Of a stretch of DNA of 64,000 bases, positions 1 to 9,102 are shown piece after piece (position 1 is the stretch's first letter; each line of letters begins with the position of its first letter). The DNA is from Minisyncoccota bacterium (lineage in GTDB: Bacteria; Patescibacteriota; Minisyncoccia; Moranbacterales; GCA-2747515): positions 17,156 through 81,155 of the forward strand of contig CALDDM010000002.1 of assembly GCA_937936355.1 (NCBI GenBank), in the 5' to 3' direction. The notes beneath the pieces are model-generated. The model saw only the letters and a list, made by a program, of their open reading frames with translations, ran no database searches and was not told where the DNA came from. The position numbers and the translations under genes are program-made.

Positions 1-495
1 AATCATCTCGATACCAATCGAGAAGTCGTTGACTGCTGTGCGACCATCAGGTACTCGTGATCGACCTGCATGATAAGCTATATCCTTGTCTAAGACAAGT
101 CTGTGTATCTGACCATCGCGTGTGATGATATAGTGTGGCGCAACGCCGTAACCCTTGAATATTTCTATGATCTTACCGAGATCATGCACTTTGACAGTAA
201 AAGGATTGTAGACACTGTGAACTATAACCGTGTCAATAGAATCTGCAGATCTATTAGCCTGCGTAAATCCCCAGTCTGTAAGGCGATCCGTAATGACTAA
301 GCTCTGTTGATTTTTTGTAACCGGCTCTAATTGATCACCCCCCTCATCGCCCACCTCTACTGAGGGAGTCGTAGCAACCTCATCAACTTCTTCAATCTGT
401 AGCGATTGCTCTATGGGTACTACAATTTCCGCACTACCGCATCCACTTGTGAGCACAGCCGCTAAGATTATTTTTGTGTATAAAGCCTTCTTCAT
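1..495 (-). CDS. Lipoprotein N-acetylmuramoyl-L-alanine amidase (Amidase_2 family), runs off the left edge
   Basis: Manual translation from ATG 495: MKKALYTKIILAAVLTSGC (lipobox), then IDTVIVHS, VAPHYII, DIAYHAG and VNDFSIGIE, the Amidase_2 Zn motifs. Absent from the ORF track because it is truncated. Confidence 0.85.
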   Translation of the reverse strand, partial: MKKALYTKIILAAVLTSGCGSAEIVVPIEQSLQIEEVDEVATTPSVEVGDEGGDQLEPVTKNQQSLVITDRLTDWGFTQANRSADSIDTVIVHSVYNPFTVKVHDLGKIIEIFKGYGVAPHYIITRDGQIHRLVLDKDIAYHAGRSRVPDGRTAVNDFSIGIEMI

Positions 496-541
496 GAGCA
501 TATTATAGCACCTGTTTGTTTTTCTCATTACTGGTGATAAC

Positions 542-567
542 AAAAAACCTCCCAAAGGAGGTCTTTT
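542..567. terminator. Intrinsic terminator downstream of hup
   Basis: aaaaaacctcc-caaa-ggaggtctttt hairpin with A/T tracts on both sides. Confidence 0.7.
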
Positions 568-606
568 GCTCACCCGATTCATATCGCGAACGCGTCATGA
601 ATTCGA

Positions 607-894
607 TTACATCTTTACCGCGTCTTTCAAAGCCTTTCCAGCTTTGAATTTTGGTACTGTTGTTGCAGCAATCTGAATGCGCTCTCCTGTCTTTGGGTTT
701 ACACCCTGACGAGCTGCACGGTCAGACGTCTTGAACGAACCAAATCCTGTGAAGGTTACTTCGTTACCAGCCTGCAATTGCGATGTGATCTCATCAACCA
801 TCCCATCAACAACCGCCTCAACATCACGCTTTGACATATCAAGTTTTACCGCTAGTGCATCGACGAGCCCACCTTTTGAAATTTTTTCAGCCAT
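607..894 (-). CDS. hup: DNA-binding protein HU
   Basis: VTFTGFGSFKTSDRAARQGVNPKTGERIQIAATTVPKFKAGKALKDAV is the HU/IHF signature; start placed at MAEK after GAAGGTG. Confidence 0.95.
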   Translation of the reverse strand: MAEKISKGGLVDALAVKLDMSKRDVEAVVDGMVDEITSQLQAGNEVTFTGFGSFKTSDRAARQGVNPKTGERIQIAATTVPKFKAGKALKDAVKM

Positions 895-1269
895 ATTTTT
901 TTCACCTTCCTTTCTAGTAATTATTTTTTTCACTGTCTTTAACGCATGTATTGTACATGGTTAAGCGGTTTTGCAGCAAACACTACTTATCCACAGGCTC
1001 ATCATAGCACTTTTACTTGTCGTACGCACCTACTATTTGATCACTTTTTCTCACTTGATTACCACTGGGTGAAATTCTAGCCTCTTTCTCTTACCCCCAC
1101 TTTCACTGCATATCACCTTTTCGACATGGACTGCTTCACACTACCTTCAAACAAAAAACACCATTTCTCTGGTGTTTTTTGTAGTATGGTCGAGTACAGA
1201 TTTCTGTACTCAACCCCCACCCTTTTTGCAGCCGTAGTTGGCGCCTTGTCTATCTTTGCAATTGCTCTG

Positions 1270-2025
1270 CTAGAACGCTCCTCTTGCTATTTCACGTAAT
1301 GCTATTTCAACATAATGACTAAAGCTGTGTCTGTTTTGCTCAATAAACTGCTCCAGTTCATTATGTGACCTTTTGTCTACCAACTCTACTGCCCTCAATT
1401 CGTCTGAGCCATTAGCGTTTTTGTAGTTTTCTAGAAATTTACCTGAACTGTGATCTATCGGCAAGTGATAGATTACAGCTACCTTACCCTCACCGCCACC
1501 TTTTACGATGTATGTTGGGTTCAATTTCCCCGCTTTGTACATCGTCGTCAGCTGCAGGTTTAAACCCACCTCCTCATGAATTTCTTTAAGCGTTAGACTA
1601 CTCAGATTGAATATTCCATTTTCATCCAGAACATCCTCTTCTAGGCCGCCACCTATAGCTTGTATGCCACCTGGCCGCGCTGTGTGTTGTGCCATTCGCC
1701 CGAGAACGATGTCTCCATTAGATGTTTCAAGAAAAGCTGCAATATGCAGAACATTGACCGCATATCTTCCTACATGTTGGCATTTGTCTTGTGACCATAT
1801 ATAGTGAGCATAGTCAGTCTCGAGGAGATCACATGCCAACAAAGTACTGCTTATTTGCATATCATGAATATGATATACTGACTTGTTTTCGAATACCCTG
1901 CCAGCATCCTGCAGCTCCTGAAAGTATTGATCAATTTGTTCACGCACTCCCATTGGCAAGTTAACACTCTCCCCTCGGGATTGTACGTGAATTTTCTTTG
2001 GTGCCTTATGAATCGTTAGACCCAT
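1270..2025 (-). CDS. NUDIX-like hydrolase
   Basis: GGGLE...TLKEIHEEVGL resembles a degenerate Nudix box; AAGGAGAGG SD before ATG. Confidence 0.6.
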   Translation of the reverse strand: MGLTIHKAPKKIHVQSRGESVNLPMGVREQIDQYFQELQDAGRVFENKSVYHIHDMQISSTLLACDLLETDYAHYIWSQDKCQHVGRYAVNVLHIAAFLETSNGDIVLGRMAQHTARPGGIQAIGGGLEEDVLDENGIFNLSSLTLKEIHEEVGLNLQLTTMYKAGKLNPTYIVKGGGEGKVAVIYHLPIDHSSGKFLENYKNANGSDELRAVELVDKRSHNELEQFIEQNRHSFSHYVEIALREIARGAF

Positions 2026-2130
2026 GTCCTCTCCTTATAGTAAGAACTCTTCTGACTGTATTATTACTCCCACTTCATTATTGTGTCAATTCTCTACTCA
2101 AGATCAACACCTTAATTACTAACTTGCTTT

Positions 2131-2886
2131 ATGGCTACCACGAAAGTTATCATCCTTGCAGCAGGTAAGGGTTCGCGTATGAAGTCAGATACTCCTAAAG
2201 TTCTTCACTGCATTAACTCTAAGACAATTCTTGATCATGTCATTGACGCAGCAACAATCTGTGATAGTAAGCCAATTGTCGTCGTCCGACATATGTCTCA
2301 GGTGATCCGTGACACCTTCAAAGACCGCGTCTTCTATGCCGATCAAAGTGCCGTGCCTGGTACTGGAAGCGCTGTTCGCGCAGGCATCAATTTGGTGCCA
2401 AAAGATGCAGTGAATGTCGTCATTATCTGTGGTGATAAGCCATTTATCCAGTCAGCCTCCCTTGAGTACCTTGTCAGACAGAGACATCATTCAAACGCGC
2501 CTCTGAGTATGGGCTATATTGATGTTCGTGACGCATCAGCGTCTTTGCGTGATCATTGTGCATCTATGGGCAGACTCGTCTGCGATCAACGTGATCGCAT
2601 AACACAGATTATTGAGTATTCAGATGCTACGGACACAGAACAGTCACTCCCCCTCCGTAATGTAAGCTTTTATTGCTTTGATTACTTGTGGCTCATTAAA
2701 AACATCGATGCTCTCACATCACACAATGCCCAACAAGAGCTTTATATTACTGACTTGATCTCAGAGGCCGCGCGTACACCAGAGGGCGTTGTCGGTATTA
2801 AATTTTCGCCAGAGGAAGGTTTTGGAATCAATACAAAAAATGATCTTGAATTTGCCACTAAGCACATTGCTACCCTGACTCGCTAG
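2131..2886 (+). CDS. Nucleotidyltransferase, GlmU uridyltransferase domain only
   Basis: VIILAAGKGSRMKSDTPKVLH, GTGSAV, HNAQQELYITD, GINT; no C-terminal hexapeptide acetyltransferase domain. Confidence 0.8.
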   Translation: MATTKVIILAAGKGSRMKSDTPKVLHCINSKTILDHVIDAATICDSKPIVVVRHMSQVIRDTFKDRVFYADQSAVPGTGSAVRAGINLVPKDAVNVVIICGDKPFIQSASLEYLVRQRHHSNAPLSMGYIDVRDASASLRDHCASMGRLVCDQRDRITQIIEYSDATDTEQSLPLRNVSFYCFDYLWLIKNIDALTSHNAQQELYITDLISEAARTPEGVVGIKFSPEEGFGINTKNDLEFATKHIATLTR

Positions 2887-3035
2887 TAAGGAAATTAATA
2901 TATGCCACAGATCTATCTCAGTTGCTTATGCATTTTTTAGCCCTCCCCTTCCGACTCCTCTTTTTTCTTACGATATTAAAAAACCTTGCATAATCTGCAA
3001 GGCTTTTATTTCTTTCATCATTTTTAAGCTCTAGG

Positions 3036-4562
3036 TCATCGAGCGTATTCGATTGCGCGATTTTCACGTATAACCATAATCTTGATTTCTCCAGGATATT
3101 TAAGTTCTTCTTGCACTTTATTTGCAATTTCTGCAGCAAGCTTCTGCGCGCCGTAGTCATCAGTTTTTTCTGGATTTACAAAGACACGCACTTCGCGACC
3201 TGCCTGAATTGCATATGACTTTTCTACTGCATCAAAGCTGTTGACCGCCATCTCAAGCTCCTCTAGACGCTTAATATAATTTTCTACGGTATCTTTGCGG
3301 GCACCTGGTCTCGCTGACGAAAGCGCGTCTGCAGCTGTAACGATATACGCCTCTGGGATCGCGTACGGGTATTCATCATGATGCGATCGCATGCCAAGCA
3401 CCACCTTGTCATCTATACCAAATTTCTCCAGAATCTTAATGCCGATTTCCACGTGCGTGCCTTGCACCTCGTGATCTACAGCCTTTCCAATGTCATGGAA
3501 AAGTCCTGCCATTTTTGCTGTTTTTACATCAGCACCCACTTCTGCAGCTATTGCTCCTGCCAAGTATGAAACTTCCAGTGAATGCAAGAGTACATTTTGC
3601 TTGAAGCTCGTACGATACCGTAGCCTTCCCAGGATGTAGAGTAACTTTGGATCAAGTCCCGCAATACCGACTTCATATGCAGCAGCCTCGCCAGCCTCAC
3701 GAATTCTATTATCTATTTCTTTTTCTGCCCACACAACAATCTCCTCGATTTTTGCAGGGTGAATTCGTCCATCTTCAATAAGTTTTTCTAAGGCGATCTT
3801 TGCTATCTCACGGCGGACTGGGTCAAAGGCACTGATCACTACTGACTCTGGTGTCTCATCTACAATCAACTCCACACCTGTCGCCCTCTCAAGCGCACGA
3901 ATGTTGCGACCCTCCTTCCCGATGATTTTTCCTTTGACCTCCTCATTTGGAATTGTCAGTGTTGACGTCATAACCTCAGCTGCGTGAGATCGAGAGTACT
4001 TCTGGATCACCTGCGTCATAATGTTTACAGCCTCTTTCTCCCATTCTTCTTGCTCTCGTCGCTGTAAGGTTGTCATGCGTTGAGCGAGGTTTTCCCGAGA
4101 TCTTTCTTCTGCAAGCTGTAACAACGCTTTCTTTGCTTGTTCGTGTGTAAGTCCAGCTATCTTTTCCAGTCGCTCACTCTGTTCATCCTTGATGCTTTCA
4201 ACCTCTACTCGTGCATCTCGTACCTCAGCCGCTTTCTCCTCGAGAGTTTTGCGGGCTTTTTCCACCTCATCAAATCTCGCATCCATTGTTTCTTCACGCT
4301 TAACTAGCCGTTCACCGGCTTTTTTGACTTCTTCTTTTTGATTTTTGATTTCCTCCTGCGCTTTCTCCAAAGACTCTGCAGCCTTAGTTTTGGCCTCAAG
4401 TATTGTATCTTGTGCCTTTGTTTTGGCATCTGCAACAAGCTTTGTAGCTCGATTTTCCGCTTCACCAACTTGCTTGCTTGCAATATTTTTTCGAAAAAAA
4501 TACCCGCCACTTGCACCCACTACAAGGGCAATGGCTGCCAGCAGTACTGGTCCTGTAATCAT
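3036..4562 (-). CDS. rny: Ribonuclease Y
   Basis: N-terminal TM helix, coiled coil, KH (KGKIIGKEGRNIRALE) and HD (LFHDIGKAVDHE) domains; start moved to MITGPV. Confidence 0.95.
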   Translation of the reverse strand: MITGPVLLAAIALVVGASGGYFFRKNIASKQVGEAENRATKLVADAKTKAQDTILEAKTKAAESLEKAQEEIKNQKEEVKKAGERLVKREETMDARFDEVEKARKTLEEKAAEVRDARVEVESIKDEQSERLEKIAGLTHEQAKKALLQLAEERSRENLAQRMTTLQRREQEEWEKEAVNIMTQVIQKYSRSHAAEVMTSTLTIPNEEVKGKIIGKEGRNIRALERATGVELIVDETPESVVISAFDPVRREIAKIALEKLIEDGRIHPAKIEEIVVWAEKEIDNRIREAGEAAAYEVGIAGLDPKLLYILGRLRYRTSFKQNVLLHSLEVSYLAGAIAAEVGADVKTAKMAGLFHDIGKAVDHEVQGTHVEIGIKILEKFGIDDKVVLGMRSHHDEYPYAIPEAYIVTAADALSSARPGARKDTVENYIKRLEELEMAVNSFDAVEKSYAIQAGREVRVFVNPEKTDDYGAQKLAAEIANKVQEELKYPGEIKIMVIRENRAIEYAR

Positions 4563-4589
4563 AGTATTATAAGTCTCGTGCACACAGCA

Positions 4590-4745
4590 TGTGTTTCCAG
4601 AGAAGAAGTGAGCCTCACTGCTTTTACGCAGTTTCCTCAAATAACCTCGTACATTTTTTGATTTTTTGTCGTTGCACCGCTATTTCGTTGATTCTTTTCC
4701 GAAGAGTTCGTCCACTTCTGTATATTTGAGAGATGTGTCATTCAT
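4590..4745 (-). ncRNA. Candidate 6S-like rod-shaped RNA or structured rny leader
   Basis: Closing stem AGAAGTG/CACTTCT (4713-4719 with 4604-4610), inner stems AAATAGC/GTTATTT and GTGCA/TGTAC, small hairpin ACTGC-GTAAAA-GCAGT in the 3' bubble; promoter-like TTGACT..TAGTATAAT at 4755-4786. Confidence 0.35.
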
Positions 4746-4860
4746 TTATATAAGATTATACTAGCGCAGAACATGTGAAAAGTCAAAAAATCTTGAGCTT
4801 CATTTCTTCTTGCATCCCCTGTATTTCTGCTATAATAGTTAGGCAAATACAAAATTACTT

Positions 4861-6432
4861 ATGATAGCACCAGTAGTCCTTGTAGTTCTTGATGGGTGGG
4901 GTCTTAGCAGTGATCCTGGCAATATCATTAACTCCACTCCACTCCCGACTTTTGATATCCTCAATCAGAATTATCCGATGATTGCCTTGCAGGCCTCGGG
5001 TATTTCTGTTGGCCTGCCATGGGGCGATCCAGGTAATAGTGAAGTGGGCCACATGACTATGGGAGCTGGTCGCATCATGTATCAAAGCCTTCCACGCATC
5101 TCCTTGGCAATTCAAGATGGTAGCTTTGCAAGCAATAAGGCCCTTAATAACCTTGCAACACATGTTACAGAAAAAAAGAGCGCCCTTCACATCATGGGAC
5201 TTGTAGGGGATGGTGCTGTGCATGCTAGCCGTGATCACCTCTACGCTCTTTTGAATTTTGCTAAGTCTCACAACTTTGAGGAAGTCTACGTTCACTGCTT
5301 TACTGACGGTCGTGACTCCTCACCAAAAGCCGCAGGAGACCATGTGATCACACAAATCCAAGAGGAACTCGGTCGCATTGGGATTGGCAAGATTGCCACT
5401 CTCATTGGTCGGAATTGGGCGATGGATCGTAATAACAACTGGGACCGCATCAAAAAAGCATATGATATGCTTGTCCACGGCAAAGGCTCTCTTACCAAGG
5501 ACCCTGTCGCATCGATTTCTGCGTCTTATGATGCAGGAATTACTGATGAGTTTATCGAGCCGCTCATCGTCACTGAGGACGGCACAAATCCTATTGCGCA
5601 AATCAAAGATGGCGATGGTGTTGTATTTTTCAATTTTCGTGACGATCGTGCCCGAGAGATTACCAAAGCCTTTTCACTCCCTGGTTTTGAGAAATTTGAT
5701 CGTGGACCTCAGCTTGACATCCACTTTGTTGCAATGATGGAGTATGAGAAAGATCTCCCTGTAAGCGTGGCATTTCCCCCTGAGTCTATCATCAACTCTA
5801 TTGGTCAGGTTCTCAGCGCGTATGATCGTCCTCAGCTTCGTATTGCAGAAACTGAGAAGTATGCCCATGTTACCTACTTTTTTAATTGTGGGGCTGAAGA
5901 GCCTTTCCCACTTGAAGACCACGTTCTCATCCCCTCGCCAGCCGTTGATCGTTTTGACCAAAAACCTGAGATGAGCGCCTATGGTGTAACGGATAAAATT
6001 CTCTCTACATTGAGTGAGAATAAGTATGAGTTTATACTAGTTAATTATGCCAATGCCGATATGGTAGCCCATACTGGCAATGAGTCTGCTGCGCGCGAGG
6101 CCATAAAAGTTCTTGATGTGTGCATGCACCGACTTGTGAAGGGCGTTCTTGCAACAGGTGGTCAACTCCTTATCACAGCCGATCATGGCAATGTCGAGGT
6201 TATGCATGATCCGCAGAGTGGAGCTATGGATACAAAACACAATACAAGTCCTATACCTTTGTGGCATGTGTCCCCAACAAATCATCGTCAGAAAAGTTCA
6301 GAAGAGCTTGCGACGCAGGAAAGAGAGATTCGCGGACTACTGAGCGATGTTGCCCCTACCATTCTGGATATTATGGACGTCCCTAAACCAGTTGAAATGC
6401 AAGGTGAAAGCCTTCGTGAGATCCTCAAGTAA
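4861..6432 (+). CDS. gpmI: 2,3-bisphosphoglycerate-independent phosphoglycerate mutase
   Basis: VVLDGWG, GNSEVGH, FTDGRD, AETEKYAHVTYFFN, ITADHGN. Confidence 0.97.
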   Translation: MIAPVVLVVLDGWGLSSDPGNIINSTPLPTFDILNQNYPMIALQASGISVGLPWGDPGNSEVGHMTMGAGRIMYQSLPRISLAIQDGSFASNKALNNLATHVTEKKSALHIMGLVGDGAVHASRDHLYALLNFAKSHNFEEVYVHCFTDGRDSSPKAAGDHVITQIQEELGRIGIGKIATLIGRNWAMDRNNNWDRIKKAYDMLVHGKGSLTKDPVASISASYDAGITDEFIEPLIVTEDGTNPIAQIKDGDGVVFFNFRDDRAREITKAFSLPGFEKFDRGPQLDIHFVAMMEYEKDLPVSVAFPPESIINSIGQVLSAYDRPQLRIAETEKYAHVTYFFNCGAEEPFPLEDHVLIPSPAVDRFDQKPEMSAYGVTDKILSTLSENKYEFILVNYANADMVAHTGNESAAREAIKVLDVCMHRLVKGVLATGGQLLITADHGNVEVMHDPQSGAMDTKHNTSPIPLWHVSPTNHRQKSSEELATQEREIRGLLSDVAPTILDIMDVPKPVEMQGESLREILK

Positions 6433-6453
6433 ATTGTTAGCTTTTACCAATAC

Positions 6454-6479
6454 AAAAAGCTCCCCACATGGGAGCTTTT
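6454..6479. terminator. Bidirectional terminator between convergent gpmI and clpP
   Basis: aaaaagctccc-cacat-gggagctttt. Confidence 0.75.
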
Positions 6480-6502
6480 GCTTTTTACAGTCTCGAAAAT
6501 AT

Positions 6503-7096
6503 TTACCGTACGACGCTGTCTACTAATCCATACTTCTTTGCCTCTGTTGCACTCATATAATTGTCTCGATCCGTATCGCGTTCAATCGTGGCAATTTTTT
6601 GTCCCGTATGTTTTGCCAGCATCTTGTTGAGCAAGGTTTTTGTCTTGAGAATGTGCTGAGCATGAATCTCTATGTCACTCGCCTGACCCTGCATACCCCC
6701 TAAGGGCTGATGGATCATTACCTCTGCATGTGGCAGTATCGTTCTCTTTCCCTTTTCTCCGGCAGCAAGGAGAAGTGACGCTGCGCTTGCAGCCATCCCG
6801 ATACACGTCGTGCGCACATCTGGTCCAATATGATTCATTGTATCGTAGATTGCTAGCGCACTCGATACTACTCCCCCAGGAGAGTTAATGTAGAGTGTGA
6901 TATCTTCTTTTTTGTCCTGTGCGGCGAGAAATAGCAACTGCGCAATTACTGCGTTTGCGATTTCATCGTTAATCCCACTACCGAGGAAGATTATCCTGTC
7001 TTTGAGGAGTCGAGAGTAGATGTCATACGCCCTTTCTGTGTGACCGGATTTTTCAATCACAGTTGGTATGATGTAATTTGCGTGCTCTGTACTCAT
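6503..7096 (-). CDS. clpP: ATP-dependent Clp protease proteolytic subunit
   Basis: [38 protein letters not shown]. Confidence 0.97.
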   Translation of the reverse strand: MSTEHANYIIPTVIEKSGHTERAYDIYSRLLKDRIIFLGSGINDEIANAVIAQLLFLAAQDKKEDITLYINSPGGVVSSALAIYDTMNHIGPDVRTTCIGMAASAASLLLAAGEKGKRTILPHAEVMIHQPLGGMQGQASDIEIHAQHILKTKTLLNKMLAKHTGQKIATIERDTDRDNYMSATEAKKYGLVDSVVR

Positions 7097-7127
7097 TTTT
7101 TTGCATTATTGTCTTATGCGATAAAAG

Positions 7128-8450
7128 CTATAGGCCTGCCAACTTATCAAACACACTATTGTTGCGCATGATGCCTTTTGTGTACCCATACATTTCCTCC
7201 ATGTTGATCTTATCCTGCATACCTTCCATTCCTTGGTATGCGCCAAGTACCTTGTTCATTTCCTCTTGGATCTCTTCACTACTAGGCTCGATCTTGAAGT
7301 GTTCACCAAACTTTTCCAAAAGCATTGCGCTCACAATCCTTTTCTTTGCTTGTGGCCTCCACTGCTCCTTAAGTGCGCCCTCATCAATTCCTGTTCTCTC
7401 GAGATACTGCGCAAAATCCATCCCACTTCCCGCAACTTGTTGCTGCATTTCCCTGAGCATGCGCTCTACCTCTTCTGAGATCAGTGCGTCTGCTACGTCT
7501 ACATTTGTTTTTTCACTTAGCTGTTCTAAGTAGGCAGTTCTCCGCGCTTCAGCTAGTTCATTTTTTTTGCCTTCGAGCATGCCATCCTTCATATCCTCTT
7601 TAAGCTCTTTGAGAGACGTTAGCTCCTTAGCGGCACCCTTAGAGAGCTCCACTGCAAACGCATCGTTTAGCTCTGGCACTATGCGCTGTTGCACTTTTTT
7701 GATCGTTACATCAAAATCCGCTTCCTTGCCTGCTAAGTGCTGCGCGTGATATTTCTCAGGAAATTTTAGAGAGAAATTTTTCTGATCCCCAGCACTCAAA
7801 CCAATTACCTGCTCTTCAAATCCTGGAATAAACGCACCAGATCCAATGACGAGATTGTGATCTGTACTTGATCCCCCCTCGATAACAACTCCGTCTTGCT
7901 TTACCTCAAAATCTAGAATTACCTGGTCACCGTCAGCGACTGCGCGCCCTACGTCCTCACTCTTTGTTCGTGATTGTGCTAGTCCTTCTAACTCCTTCTG
8001 GACATCTTCGTTGCTTATTGCAACCTCTTTTTCTTGCGCATTAAAGTCTTTGTTAATTTCTTTGATCGTCTTTTCCCACTCTTCTGGAAGCTCACACATT
8101 GGAATCAGAGCGAGAGATATTTCTACCTCAACATCATTTCCCTCAGCAAGCTTTTTCACATTCACCTCTGGTGCTCCAGCTACTTTTAAACCATCTTTTT
8201 CTATTGCGTTTGTGAGCACTTCACGTAACTGGTCATCTACAACTTGCGAGAGAACTTGCATGCGGTCGACCTGACCTTTTGCCACGCTTTCTGGCACATG
8301 CCCTTTTCTGAATCCCTTCATACTCGCTGTGCTCTTTGCATTTTTTGTTGCCTCCTCAACACCTTCGTCAAAAGCTTTTTCTAAGTCAGTCCAAGCCAGT
8401 GTCACGTCTACAACTGCATTTCCATCCTTTTTTTCAATCTTGTAACTCAT
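7128..8450 (-). CDS. tig: Trigger factor
   Basis: GFRKGHVP ribosome-binding motif, FKBP domain FIPGFEEQVIG, tig-clpP synteny. Confidence 0.95.
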   Translation of the reverse strand: MSYKIEKKDGNAVVDVTLAWTDLEKAFDEGVEEATKNAKSTASMKGFRKGHVPESVAKGQVDRMQVLSQVVDDQLREVLTNAIEKDGLKVAGAPEVNVKKLAEGNDVEVEISLALIPMCELPEEWEKTIKEINKDFNAQEKEVAISNEDVQKELEGLAQSRTKSEDVGRAVADGDQVILDFEVKQDGVVIEGGSSTDHNLVIGSGAFIPGFEEQVIGLSAGDQKNFSLKFPEKYHAQHLAGKEADFDVTIKKVQQRIVPELNDAFAVELSKGAAKELTSLKELKEDMKDGMLEGKKNELAEARRTAYLEQLSEKTNVDVADALISEEVERMLREMQQQVAGSGMDFAQYLERTGIDEGALKEQWRPQAKKRIVSAMLLEKFGEHFKIEPSSEEIQEEMNKVLGAYQGMEGMQDKINMEEMYGYTKGIMRNNSVFDKLAGL

Positions 8451-8521
8451 CTGCGTAATTTACTACTGTAATTATCTTCCCTCATGGAACCCTCTAATTC
8501 ACGGCAGCCCATGATATCCCG

Positions 8522-9070
8522 CTATTTTTTTGAGAACTTTTCTTCATAGAGTGCAATGGACTTTTCTACTGCTGCTATAGCGTCCTCTTTGCCTTTTATC
8601 CCATTTATCTGCACAATGTTTTTTTCACCTTTTTTGAGCTCTTTGTATGTCTCAAAGAAGTGCCTGTACTCTTTTAGATTGTGCTTATTGATGTCTTCTA
8701 AGTCTTGCACATCGTCCCATCTTTTATCTTCTACGGGAACACCAATCACCTTATAATCAGATTCCCCGCCATCGATCATCTCTATCACCGCCACAGGTCG
8801 CACAGATACTAGGATCCCTACATTGAGAGGAAACGTCGTCAACACAATCACATCGAGAGCATCGTTGTCGTCCCACAATGTCTGGGGTACGAAACCATAG
8901 TCAAATGGATATGGGTGCATCGAGTAGTTTGCGCGGTCAAGGGCGATCAGACCGGTTTCTTTGTCGATCTCGTACTTATTTGGAGAATTTTTTGGAATTT
9001 CGATGATCACATTTATTTCCTGCGGGATATTTTCCCCACGTGACACATCGTGCCAGAGATTCATTGCCAT
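8522..9070 (-). CDS. ppa: Inorganic pyrophosphatase, family I
   Basis: KYEIDKETG, YPFDYGFVPQT, DNDALDV, HFFETYKEL. Confidence 0.95.
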   Translation of the reverse strand: MAMNLWHDVSRGENIPQEINVIIEIPKNSPNKYEIDKETGLIALDRANYSMHPYPFDYGFVPQTLWDDNDALDVIVLTTFPLNVGILVSVRPVAVIEMIDGGESDYKVIGVPVEDKRWDDVQDLEDINKHNLKEYRHFFETYKELKKGEKNIVQINGIKGKEDAIAAVEKSIALYEEKFSKK

Positions 9071-9102
9071 AATCTTAATGTTATTCGTTAATTTTTTGCA
9101 TG

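Noticed and set aside
987-995. DnaA box TTATCCACA as oriC
   Set aside because: A single box with no cluster and no dnaA/dnaN; at most a regulatory site upstream of hup.
3036-3038. Alternative genetic code 25 (TGA=Gly)
   Set aside because: TGA terminates rny at its expected end, and conserved genes are full length under code 11.
4563-4640. Longest-ORF N-terminal extensions of rny (also hup, rpsO, ftsH, xer and the VirB6-like gene)
   Set aside because: The extensions run through promoter or leader DNA and precede the family-typical N-termini, so downstream ATGs were used.
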